Of a DNA stretch of 64,000 bases, positions 52,874 through 62,124 are shown piece after piece. Positions within the stretch are counted from its first letter, which is position 1, and every line of letters starts with the position of its first letter. A program made the position numbers and the translations under genes. This stretch comes from Thermodesulfobacteriota bacterium (GTDB lineage: Bacteria > Desulfobacterota_D > UBA1144 > Nemesobacterales > Nemesobacteraceae), in assembly GCA_047518015.1 (NCBI GenBank), contig JAKZRS010000034.1:9382-73381 (forward strand), read 5' to 3'. Under the pieces are notes generated by a model. The model saw only the letters and a program-made list of their open reading frames with translations, had not been told where the DNA came from and did no database searches.

Positions 52874-54082
52874 TCAGCTTATTACCGAAGTTAAATTCAA
52901 CACGGGTAAAAGTATAGCGAAAACTATAAAACCCATAATAACTCCCATAATCAGTATCATTACCGGTTCAAGAAGAGAAGTCAGCGTGGAAAGCATGCCG
53001 TCGACCTCAGTGTCGTACATATCGGCCACCTTCGAGAGCATGACTTCAACTTTGCCGGCTTCCTCGCCCACAGAGACCATTCTTACCACAAGGGGCGGGA
53101 AAATCCCGGTCTGCCCAAGACAGTCTCCAAACGCCGAGCCTTCCGCCACCTTGACCCGGACATCCCTGATATTGTCAACATAAAGACTGTTTCCAAGAAC
53201 TGATTCGCTCACCTTAACCGCGTCAAGAAGAGGAATACCGCTTGAAAGCAGCGTGGCAAGCGTCCTTGTAAAACGGGAGATCATCACTTTTGAAGACATT
53301 TTCCCGAACACAGGAATCCGAAGGGATAATCTGTCGTAGATCTTTTTTCCAGAAGGGGTGTTCACGTATCTGTGCGCAAAAAAGAATACGACGGCCATAA
53401 AAACCAGCAACAGGGCAAAATTCTCCCTGAGAAAATCGCTTGCACCTATAAGAACTACGGTAACAAAAGGCAAAGCTTTGTTGCTGGCCTCGAAGATATC
53501 GGCGACTTTGGGAATTACGAAAGTCATCATGAAGACAAGTACCCCCATCCCGACGACAAACATTATCGCCGGATATATCATGGCGCCCCTGATCTTCGAA
53601 GTGAGTTCCAGCTGTTTTTCAAGAAAATCCGCGAGACGGTCTAGCACAACGTCAAGAGTACCGCTTGCCTCGCCCGCGCGGACCATGCTGACGTAAAGGT
53701 CGGAAAAAACGCTTTTGTGCTCTTCAAGTGCAGCGTGAAGAGAACTACCTTCACTCAGTCGGTTTCTGACCTCGGAGAGAATCTCCTTCAGCTTCTGGTC
53801 ATCGGTCTGCTCGTAGAGAGCCACAAGCGACGTCTCAAGAGGAAGACCGGCAGAAATCAACGTGGAGAACTGCCTTGTCATAACGGCAAGTTCCGAGATG
53901 CTCACCCCGCTCCACGGAAGGCTTCTCGACGAACGACGAGCCCCGGTCGCCTCCTTTATGGAGGAGAGGTAGACTCCGCCTTTTCTGAGCTTGTCGCTTG
54001 CGAGCTTGACCGATTCTGCGCTGATAACCCCCTTTACCGATTCCCCTTTGTCGTTAATAGCTTTATAGTTGTAAACAGGCAT
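52874..54082 (-). CDS. gspF: type II secretion inner-membrane platform protein GspF
   Basis: 402 aa; two T2SSF repeats; three TM segments. Confidence 0.9.
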   Translation of the reverse strand: MPVYNYKAINDKGESVKGVISAESVKLASDKLRKGGVYLSSIKEATGARRSSRSLPWSGVSISELAVMTRQFSTLISAGLPLETSLVALYEQTDDQKLKEILSEVRNRLSEGSSLHAALEEHKSVFSDLYVSMVRAGEASGTLDVVLDRLADFLEKQLELTSKIRGAMIYPAIMFVVGMGVLVFMMTFVIPKVADIFEASNKALPFVTVVLIGASDFLRENFALLLVFMAVVFFFAHRYVNTPSGKKIYDRLSLRIPVFGKMSSKVMISRFTRTLATLLSSGIPLLDAVKVSESVLGNSLYVDNIRDVRVKVAEGSAFGDCLGQTGIFPPLVVRMVSVGEEAGKVEVMLSKVADMYDTEVDGMLSTLTSLLEPVMILIMGVIMGFIVFAILLPVLNLTSVIS

Positions 54083-54118
54083 TTTGTTGAAATACCGATG
54101 CTAAAAGACAACCCCGGG

Positions 54119-55804
54119 TTAGCTCTCCGCCAGCTCCTCTTCCGTAACCCTGAGCACCTCGTCAATTGACGTTATACCTTTCGCGACTTTTTCAGCACCG
54201 TCCATTCTCAGGGTGACAAGTCCGTTTTTCAGAGCCTTCTCCTTAAGCGTAGTCGAATCCAGGTTTGTGAGAACAGTGTTCTTAAGCTCGTCATCAATCA
54301 GCAGAATTTCAAAAATTGCTATTCTTCCAGAAAACCCCGTCTCCATGCACTCATGGCACCCTCTGGCCCTGTAGATCTTTCCTTCGGGACAAAACCCGCG
54401 CGCAAGTCCTCCGATACGGGCAAGTTCTCCGTCAAGCGGCACGTACTGTTCCTTGCACTGCGTGCACAGAATCCTGACAAGTCTCTGGGCTACTACCGCC
54501 GAGAGGGTCGAGGCTATAAGAAAGGGTTCCACTCCCATATCGGCAAGCCTGGTCACGGCACTTACCGAGTCATTAGTGTGCAATGTGGAGAATACGAGGT
54601 GTCCCGTGAGCGAAGCGTTCATGGAAATATCGGCGGTTTCCCTGTCCCTTATTTCCCCCACAAGTATAACGTCGGGATCCTGTCTCAGTATTGAGCGAAG
54701 TCCGTTTGCAAAAGTAAGATCCACCTTGCTGTTAACCTGGATCTGGTTGATTCCCTGTATCTGGTACTCAACCGGGTCTTCTATGGTAATTATCTTCTTG
54801 TCGGGAAGATTGATCCTCTGCAGGGCGGCATAAAGGCTCGTCGTCTTGCCGCTTCCCGTGGGTCCCGTAACGAGTATGATTCCGTGGGGACGCCTGGCAA
54901 GGGATTCGAGCAACCTAAGCTTTTTCCCTCCAAGACCAAGCTGTTCAAAGCTCATAAGCACCGAAGACCTGTAAAGCAGCCGCATTACCACGCTTTCTCC
55001 CCACGAAGTGGGAACGGTCGAAACCCTTACGTCAATATCCCTTCCTCCAATCTTCAGCCTTATGCTTCCGTCCTGAGGTTTTCTTCTCTCCGCTATGTCA
55101 AGTTGAGACATGATCTTCACGCGCGAGATCACCGAAGACTGCACCTTTTTCGGAACTTTCGTCACGTCGTGCAGAATGCCGTCCTTTCTGAACCGGACCA
55201 GCACTTCTTTTTCGAAACACTCTATATGAATATCGCTGGCATGCTCCCTTACGGCCTGAAAAAGAAGCGTGTTTATGAATTTTATGATCGGGGCTTCATC
55301 TTCGGCCTCGATCAGATCCTGGGGTTCGGTAAACTCCATGTTGGAGAGACCCGAACCGTCGTTTATATCTTCTGAGACAACGTCTTTTCCCTGTTCGTAA
55401 ACCCTGTTAATGCTGTCGTTCAGCACGCGCTCAAGAGTAATATAAGTTTCAAGTGAGCAGTTAAAGCGGGATCGCACCTCGTCAAGGGCGTAGAGCTCCT
55501 GAGGCGGGGCGAACACAACTTTGAGCGTTCCGTTGTCTTTGTTTATGGGGAGTATTCTGAATTTCTTGGCGAAACTGATCGGAAACTGCTTTATCAGTTC
55601 ATAATCTATGTCGTTTTCCGGAATTGATTCGATTTTCTCGATTCCGTAGAATTCGGAAAGGACGTCAAGGGCCGGGGAATCTTTGAGTATGTCCGTTTTG
55701 AGCAGTATGTCTTCGGTGTTCCGACCGTTTTTCCCTTTTAGCTCTTCAATTCTCCCCATAACCTCGGGGTAACGCCTGCTTATTATTTCATCCAGGGCCT
55801 TCAT
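54119..55804 (-). CDS. gspE: type II secretion ATPase GspE
   Basis: Walker A GPTGSGKTT; Asp/His boxes; tetracysteine region CTQC ... CHEC. Confidence 0.9.
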   Translation of the reverse strand: MKALDEIISRRYPEVMGRIEELKGKNGRNTEDILLKTDILKDSPALDVLSEFYGIEKIESIPENDIDYELIKQFPISFAKKFRILPINKDNGTLKVVFAPPQELYALDEVRSRFNCSLETYITLERVLNDSINRVYEQGKDVVSEDINDGSGLSNMEFTEPQDLIEAEDEAPIIKFINTLLFQAVREHASDIHIECFEKEVLVRFRKDGILHDVTKVPKKVQSSVISRVKIMSQLDIAERRKPQDGSIRLKIGGRDIDVRVSTVPTSWGESVVMRLLYRSSVLMSFEQLGLGGKKLRLLESLARRPHGIILVTGPTGSGKTTSLYAALQRINLPDKKIITIEDPVEYQIQGINQIQVNSKVDLTFANGLRSILRQDPDVILVGEIRDRETADISMNASLTGHLVFSTLHTNDSVSAVTRLADMGVEPFLIASTLSAVVAQRLVRILCTQCKEQYVPLDGELARIGGLARGFCPEGKIYRARGCHECMETGFSGRIAIFEILLIDDELKNTVLTNLDSTTLKEKALKNGLVTLRMDGAEKVAKGITSIDEVLRVTEEELAES

Positions 55805-55819
55805 TTTTTAAAAACTTCC

Positions 55820-58375
55820 CTATTCAAGCGTATTCAGATCCCTTTTGTGAAGCAAGGTCTTTCTTCTCTGGTAATCCAGAAGCAGCTGCTTCATATCACT
55901 TTCCGTCTCAACTATCCGCGGGGTAATAAGTATCATCAGGTTGAGCTTCCTGGTCTGGGTACGTTTGAACCTGAACAGGTTTCCAATCAGCGGAATATCT
56001 CCAAGTAAAGGGGTTTTGTTGTAAAGCACCTCTTCTCTGTCCTGAACCAGCCCGCCTATAATAAGGGTCTGTCCGTTTTTGACTATAACCGACGAGTCGG
56101 CGCTTCTCGTCGTGGTCGCGATACCGAATTGGGCGGTATTAAGTCCCGAGGGCGCCTCCCGTGTGGATGAAACCTCGGTGACTATGTCAAGGTTAAGGTA
56201 TTCGCCCTCGCTTATCTGGGGTGTGATACTGAGCCTTATTCCTACCGGCAGCCTCTCGATCGTCTGAACCGTCACGCCGCTTGTGCCCACGGTGCTGCCC
56301 ATCGGAAACGGTATTATGTCAGCAACCACTATCTCAGCCGGCTCGTTGTCGGTAGTGATAATGCTCGGGGTTGAGAGAACGTTGACGTCGGTCACGGAAT
56401 TTAAAGCCTGGAACACCGCGGAGAACGAAGGAAGAGCCGGAAGGGGACCCGAACCGTCGGCATCGATTTCCGCTCCCACAACGCCGAGAAAAAGCCCCGA
56501 AAGACTGCCTATGGAGGTCGCTGCGGCCGCGGGGTTGGCCGCGACTCCGAGAAGGCTCGGGATGCCCGGCAGCTGCTGTCCGATAAAACCGAGGTTATCG
56601 CCCTCGATTCTAAGACCGAGGCCGAAATTGGTTCCCAGCGCGCGTAAGTTATCAAGACCCACCTCAAGTATGGCGGCTTCAACGAATACCTGTCTTCTTC
56701 TTACGTCAAGCTTGTCAACTATCTGCTTGACCATTCTGTACTGCGTGAGGGAACCGACCACTATAATAGAGTTTGTAGCGGGATCCGAAGTTATCTTCAA
56801 TCCCTCGGAGGAAGACACGGCTACGGAACTGCCGGTCTGTTGGCCCTCTCCTCTTTGTATGTTCCCGCCTCCTGAGCCGAGACCTCCGGCATCTCTGCTA
56901 TTACTCAGGTTGCCCTCTCCGAGACGGTTTGAAGACTGGCCGGTTCTGCCGGATTGCCGCATATTGTCACGGTAGGAAGCAGAAGAAACTGCATTGCCCC
57001 CTCCCTCCGCGAACAGATTCCCTAGAACCTCGATTATCTGCTCAGCATCGGCGTTTCTAACCGATATAACGTAGACATCCTGTTCGGTGTGTTCGCTTTC
57101 GATGTCCAAAAGGGCGATCGTCTCCTTTATCAGGGGAAGGTCCCTCGGATCGGCGATCACTATTATGGAATTTGTCCGCTCGTCGTTTATCACTTTAAAT
57201 CCCAGAAGCTCCGAGCTTCCGGATACGAATCTGTCGTTTTTACCTTTTGACGATTTGGTTTTGGCGCTTTGAGGGCTGAAGATCTCAAGCAGCTTGAATA
57301 TGACGTTGGCTGAGTTTGTGTTATTCACCCTTACAAATTCTATTTTCTTGTTGTAGTCAAGGCTCGCCACCACCTCGGCTATCTTGTTCACGTTATCTTC
57401 ATTGTCAATTACAACCAGAGTGTTTGCCGGTGCGTAAGCCCTAATAAACCCTTCCTTGCTCACGAGGCTTTTAAGAACGTTAGAGATCCCTTTGGCTTTT
57501 ACGCTTTTAAGCTTTATCAGCTTCATCACGTATTGCTGGGAGGACTCCGTAGGCTCGAAATCGAACCTTAACGGTATGTTCTCTGACTTTATCCCTTTTT
57601 TCGGGACGATCTTGTTAACTCCGCTTGCGCTTACGACCGAATAGCCGTTCATATCAAGCAGTATTTCAAAGATCCTAAACGCGGTTTCCTTCTCGAAACC
57701 GCCTTGAGGAGTGATGATCGTTACGTTCTTGTCCCTGATCTTGTCACTTAGGAGATAGACCTCGGAGGTGATCTCACTTATGGTCTTTACCATTTCCTTA
57801 AGCGTCATGTTGGCTCGAAGGTTGACCATTCCCTCGTCCTCGAGAATTTCCTCGCCATCTTCTCCGACAGCCTCATCGCTGGAACCCTCGGCGATCTCCT
57901 CAGGTTTAGCTTTAGCGGTCTTCTCAGTTGAGTCCTCGGCGACCGCGGGGGGCGCTTCCCCAGGCTCTTCCACTTCAAGCTCCGGCTCAGCTACGACTCC
58001 CGGCTGAGCCAAATCGATCGGGAGGCCGGGGTCTTCAGCAAAATCCTCCGGGATTTCATTGCCCGAGACCTTAACCGCGTCCTTACCGAAGGGTCTCATG
58101 GCTTTTCTGCCAGGATTCTTCGCCGCTTCTTCGGCTAACGCCTTTGCGGCTTCTCTGACAATATCAGCAGGTTTCGGAGGCAAATCTTTTATGGACCCAT
58201 CCTGCCCGGGCGCTTCCTGCTGTCCGGAACTCGGAGCGACGACAGCCTTTAACGTCCTAGGATCCGGCGGCTCTGGGTTCTCGCCGGAAGCCGGCTGCGG
58301 ACAGACGATCGAAGCGGAAAAAACGAGAACCGCCGCCAGAACCGAGAAAAGATTTTTATTAAGAAAAGATCTCAT
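55820..58375 (-). CDS. gspD: type II secretion secretin GspD, with an extended acidic low-complexity N-terminal region
   Basis: 851 aa; C-terminal secretin domain (VPLLGDIPLIGNLFR); N0-N3 domains; roughly 150-aa Glu/Pro/Ala-rich segment after the signal peptide. Confidence 0.9.
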   Translation of the reverse strand: MRSFLNKNLFSVLAAVLVFSASIVCPQPASGENPEPPDPRTLKAVVAPSSGQQEAPGQDGSIKDLPPKPADIVREAAKALAEEAAKNPGRKAMRPFGKDAVKVSGNEIPEDFAEDPGLPIDLAQPGVVAEPELEVEEPGEAPPAVAEDSTEKTAKAKPEEIAEGSSDEAVGEDGEEILEDEGMVNLRANMTLKEMVKTISEITSEVYLLSDKIRDKNVTIITPQGGFEKETAFRIFEILLDMNGYSVVSASGVNKIVPKKGIKSENIPLRFDFEPTESSQQYVMKLIKLKSVKAKGISNVLKSLVSKEGFIRAYAPANTLVVIDNEDNVNKIAEVVASLDYNKKIEFVRVNNTNSANVIFKLLEIFSPQSAKTKSSKGKNDRFVSGSSELLGFKVINDERTNSIIVIADPRDLPLIKETIALLDIESEHTEQDVYVISVRNADAEQIIEVLGNLFAEGGGNAVSSASYRDNMRQSGRTGQSSNRLGEGNLSNSRDAGGLGSGGGNIQRGEGQQTGSSVAVSSSEGLKITSDPATNSIIVVGSLTQYRMVKQIVDKLDVRRRQVFVEAAILEVGLDNLRALGTNFGLGLRIEGDNLGFIGQQLPGIPSLLGVAANPAAAATSIGSLSGLFLGVVGAEIDADGSGPLPALPSFSAVFQALNSVTDVNVLSTPSIITTDNEPAEIVVADIIPFPMGSTVGTSGVTVQTIERLPVGIRLSITPQISEGEYLNLDIVTEVSSTREAPSGLNTAQFGIATTTRSADSSVIVKNGQTLIIGGLVQDREEVLYNKTPLLGDIPLIGNLFRFKRTQTRKLNLMILITPRIVETESDMKQLLLDYQRRKTLLHKRDLNTLE

Positions 58376-58416
58376 AACCTGTTTTAACCTTAAGAAACTG
58401 AATTTTCGCCGGGAAC

Positions 58417-59367
58417 CTAGTAAACCGTGTACCGGTTGCTTTTTCTTTTACCCCTCCTCGTAAAATCAACGGTAAATTCGCTCTGACCCTTTAAATCGGT
58501 GAAAAGCGAAAGGGCATTTTGCACATCGTTTAAAGCAACTTCATTTATCTGGTGAACTATATCCCCGTTTCTAAGACCCATTTTATAAAACACGCTTCTG
58601 CTTTTCACTCCGAAAATCTTGATGCCGTCATCGCGCGGTACGATCTTAGCTTCGGTTATTAAACTGCCGGGCTCCGAGAGCATCTCGTCAAACATCCTTC
58701 TCTCTATCTGGTACACACCGTCGCTGACTTTGCTTACTCCCGAAGCTGACGACTTTTTTGACTTCGGTGAAGGCTTGTTTTTTCCTGAAGAAGAACTGGG
58801 AGCGGTTTTTGAAAAAACTGATTCAAGCTCATTTCCGCATGTAATCAGCTCTGGACCTTCGGCGCGACGTATAGTCACCTCGCAGTCGTCTATTTTTACT
58901 ACCTCCACTTTTTCGGATGTTACAAGATCAACCCACTGCCCTTCAGAATAACCCTTTATTTTAAGATTTTCCATGTTCTTTATTACAGCAACGCTCTTGT
59001 TCGCCGAAGGATGGGTGCTGTTTTTGACTATGAAAGTTCCCAGAAGTTCAAGCTTAAGGGATGTTTTCGGGGTAATTTCCCCCTCCAGAACTCCAGGAAG
59101 ATCCATGGTTTCCATCTGCCCTGCGTATCCACCCGCTCCAAAGAGGTTCGTTTTCAATATTGAGTCGTAGTAGCTCCTTGAACGATAAGGAATCTTAACC
59201 CGTCCATACTTCTCCTTATAGAGGTGTTCGCTTGTCACACCACCCTTATCAGATTCTATTTTGTCGCGCAGGCCGTTGTTGATCATGGCCGCGACCGAGT
59301 ACGCGATGGCGACTATCAATAAGACATTTACGACCCAGACATACTTTCTTAAAAGAAGCAAAAGCAT
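58417..59367 (-). CDS. gspC: T2SS inner-membrane protein GspC-like (TM + HR + C-terminal PDZ)
   Basis: N-terminal TM segment VWVVNVLLIVAIAYSV; C-terminal PDZ-like GLRNGDIVHQINEVALNDV; first gene of the gsp operon. Confidence 0.55.
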   Translation of the reverse strand: MLLLLLRKYVWVVNVLLIVAIAYSVAAMINNGLRDKIESDKGGVTSEHLYKEKYGRVKIPYRSRSYYDSILKTNLFGAGGYAGQMETMDLPGVLEGEITPKTSLKLELLGTFIVKNSTHPSANKSVAVIKNMENLKIKGYSEGQWVDLVTSEKVEVVKIDDCEVTIRRAEGPELITCGNELESVFSKTAPSSSSGKNKPSPKSKKSSASGVSKVSDGVYQIERRMFDEMLSEPGSLITEAKIVPRDDGIKIFGVKSRSVFYKMGLRNGDIVHQINEVALNDVQNALSLFTDLKGQSEFTVDFTRRGKRKSNRYTVY

Positions 59368-59515
59368 AGTCAGTTCCTAAATTAATTTCACGTAACTTAA
59401 CAAAATACCTTATTTTTTGGTAATATCTCCACGTAACCTCCGGAAACCCGAGGTTGCGAAAACTCAGAATCCTTAAGCGACATCAAACCACGATTTTTCA
59501 ATATCAGTGCAAGGT

Positions 59516-60559
59516 TCATCCACTCTCGTTTCTCCGGCCCGCCGCACCGACGGCAGGGGAGTTTTCAAGCACGGCGCAAAAATACCGCTTCTCAAGATTA
59601 TATATATCAAAAGCAAGTTCCGAAGCCCGCTCGAATCCCTGTTCGCACGAAGCACCCTCGCTTATCTCTTTGAAAAGCACCCCCATATCGTACCACTTAT
59701 GACCGATCCTGTTCATCTCCTCCGAGAAACCGGATCCGTAAAAAGGCGAAAGCACAGCGGAGACCTCTTCCAGAAAATCCCTGTAAAACCATCTGAACGC
59801 GGCACCGCAAACCCCTCTTCTGCATATAATCTGATAAGTGAACCTTGATGTCCACTTCCAGTCGGCAATATCCTTCCATCCCGGAAGATCCTCGGCCCAT
59901 TTCTTTATGACCTCAACGCTTGAGGTTCCTCTGAGAGTGGTTCGGCCTTCAAGCATCATCTCGGCGTTTTTTCTGACAGCACCAAGAACCATATCCCCAA
60001 GATCAAGGCCGTTTTCCAGGAACTCCACTTCAACACGGTTGTTGGAAAGGGGGTACGGCATCGCTTTTGAGCTTCGCGCCTTTTCCATGTTCTCAAAAGA
60101 GACGGTCTGAAGATTTTCAAACGAGTTGTCTGCCACGTAAAAAACTGATTCAGAGTCGTCATATCCGCATACCGCTATTACGTGTCCGGGGAAATGGGTT
60201 TTGGAGTCAAAATACTCAAGGTAGCAGATATCCGCCTGTATAAGTACCGGAATATCCCTGTCAATAAATTCCTTAAGGTCTGCCGAGGCCCGCTCATCGT
60301 CGCCCTCGTATTTCCAGTCGGCGACGTCAACACCGAAATTCCTCAGAAAATTAATTTCCATCAAGGGACCGCGGGGCTGTATAATCCTGCTTGGGTTCAT
60401 CCGTTCATCGCAAGAGTAATAAAAACCGAGCCCAGATCCAAGCCCAAAACACATCTGCTCGGAGAGATCGCTTCCGTAGTAACGGCAGATGTCCCTGATC
60501 ACGGCGGAACCGCAGTGCACGCCTTTTAAGTGTTTCCAACCCTCTATTATCTTCTTCAT
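59516..60559 (-). CDS. BtrH_N-domain (papain-like) plus DUF4872-like protein
   Basis: Start at MKKIIEGW; N-terminal GVHCGSAVIRDICRYYG (Cys nucleophile context) and HVIAVCGYDD (His), consistent with the BtrH N-terminal domain family; C-terminal half resembles DUF4872. Confidence 0.5.
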   Translation of the reverse strand: MKKIIEGWKHLKGVHCGSAVIRDICRYYGSDLSEQMCFGLGSGLGFYYSCDERMNPSRIIQPRGPLMEINFLRNFGVDVADWKYEGDDERASADLKEFIDRDIPVLIQADICYLEYFDSKTHFPGHVIAVCGYDDSESVFYVADNSFENLQTVSFENMEKARSSKAMPYPLSNNRVEVEFLENGLDLGDMVLGAVRKNAEMMLEGRTTLRGTSSVEVIKKWAEDLPGWKDIADWKWTSRFTYQIICRRGVCGAAFRWFYRDFLEEVSAVLSPFYGSGFSEEMNRIGHKWYDMGVLFKEISEGASCEQGFERASELAFDIYNLEKRYFCAVLENSPAVGAAGRRNESG

Positions 60560-60708
60560 AAAAAGTCGTAAGACAAGCAGGTTAATATAGCCGGAAATCG
60601 ACATTCCTTAAAGACCCAGTCCTACCCAGTCGATTCATCACGCAAGGAAACTACCTTGATGATTCCGGCAGAACAGATATTAATAATCATCTCTGCGGAT
60701 GAACCATT

Positions 60709-61650
60709 ATGCTTGAGAAGATCCTTAAAAATTCAAAAAAAGCCATTGTACTCGGAATAGGAGGAGGAGGCGATGTGGTCGGAACCCTTCCAACAGTGAA
60801 CCTGCTCGAGACAAACGGCATACAATGCGTTTTGGGAGGACTGAGCTGGGAGCGTTTCACGATAGACCCCGACCCAGGACCCAGAAAACTCGAAGAGGCG
60901 CACAACGTTTGCGAGATAAACGATGTGGTCTGGAAATGCAATAAAGATTCGGTGACCCGCGCGGGAGCAAGATTCGCCGAGGCGGGCATGGCCGAAGTTC
61001 TGGGAGAAGAAACCCTTCTTGTCGACATCAGTTACGGTCCGGCAAAGGTTTTCGAGGGGATAACGGACGCAGCCGAAAAACTCGGGGCAGACCTGGTGGT
61101 GGGAATAGACGTCGGGGGAGACGTGCTCGGGTTCGGAGACGAAAAAGGGCTTATGAGTCCGCTTGCCGACGCCATAATGACCGCCGCGCTTTACAGACAT
61201 AGCTTCCAGATGCCTACCATAATGGGAGTATTCGGTTTCGGAAGCGACGGAGAACTGTCCAAAGCAGAACTTGAAAGATCATTCGGGATCATAGCACGGA
61301 ATAACGGAATGCTCGGGAGCTGGGGGGTATCAATGAGAACCCTGAAACTTATGGAAAAAGCTATAAGTGTAATACCTACCGAGGCAAGCAGAGGACCCGT
61401 TGAATACGCAAAAGGCATTTTTAGCACCACTTCAATAAGGGACGGCAGCAGGAAAGTTGAACTCGACATAAGCTCCACCGTGACTTTTTACGTGGACCCA
61501 AAAGTGGTTTACGAAAAAATATCAAAACCCGCGCAAGCGGTTTACGGATGCGAAACGATACGGGATGCAAACACCAAGCTTAACGAAGCGGGTATCAGAA
61601 CGGAACTTGATATTGAAATGGAACTTCACGAAAATCTCGGGAGAAACTAA
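60709..61650 (+). CDS. DUF1152-family protein
   Basis: GIGGGGDVVG glycine-rich motif near the N-terminus and a second GIDVGGDV motif; family assignment from memory of the DUF1152 signature. Confidence 0.45.
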   Translation: MLEKILKNSKKAIVLGIGGGGDVVGTLPTVNLLETNGIQCVLGGLSWERFTIDPDPGPRKLEEAHNVCEINDVVWKCNKDSVTRAGARFAEAGMAEVLGEETLLVDISYGPAKVFEGITDAAEKLGADLVVGIDVGGDVLGFGDEKGLMSPLADAIMTAALYRHSFQMPTIMGVFGFGSDGELSKAELERSFGIIARNNGMLGSWGVSMRTLKLMEKAISVIPTEASRGPVEYAKGIFSTTSIRDGSRKVELDISSTVTFYVDPKVVYEKISKPAQAVYGCETIRDANTKLNEAGIRTELDIEMELHENLGRN

Positions 61651-62045
61651 TCGAGCTTTTCGTGAATAAGCTTTAGAATACGCCTTGACTCGTCTTCATT
61701 TCCCCATATACCCACACGGATAGTCAGATTGGTTATCTCGGGCTTGTGGTACTTGACGGTTATGTAGACTTTTTTGTCCTGGTCAGAAAGCTTGGCTTCA
61801 ATCAGCGCCTTTCCCGCTTTGCTTTCTTTTTTGGTTACCTCAAATTCCTGCTGTTCAACAGTCTCCACCACCGCAAACCAGACTTTGTCAAACGAGGCAG
61901 ATTCCTTGGTTTTTAGAACTCCCTTCAAATAGGCCGCAGCACCCCCGCCGACTACGCCACCCACTACGACCGCGCAGCCTGAAGAAAAAACAAGCACGAG
62001 CAAGCAAAGAAGCACCGTGCGATATTTATTTGAAAGGAAATTCAT
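61647..62045 (-). CDS. small lipoprotein (DUF3568-like)
   Basis: Lipobox VFSSGC; 132 aa. Confidence 0.4.
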   Translation of the reverse strand: MNFLSNKYRTVLLCLLVLVFSSGCAVVVGGVVGGGAAAYLKGVLKTKESASFDKVWFAVVETVEQQEFEVTKKESKAGKALIEAKLSDQDKKVYITVKYHKPEITNLTIRVGIWGNEDESRRILKLIHEKLD

Positions 62046-62124
62046 TTTTACTCTCGGCAGGCTTTACAAAAAAACCCTGTATATTTAATTAATTTATCCC
62101 AAGGGAGAAAAGAGTCAAGAATTC

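Noticed and set aside
56283-56975. 230-aa plus-strand ORF antisense to gspD
   Set aside because: Low-complexity Ala/Pro/Ser-rich translation that mirrors the low-complexity secretin N-region. No start context. Shadow ORF.
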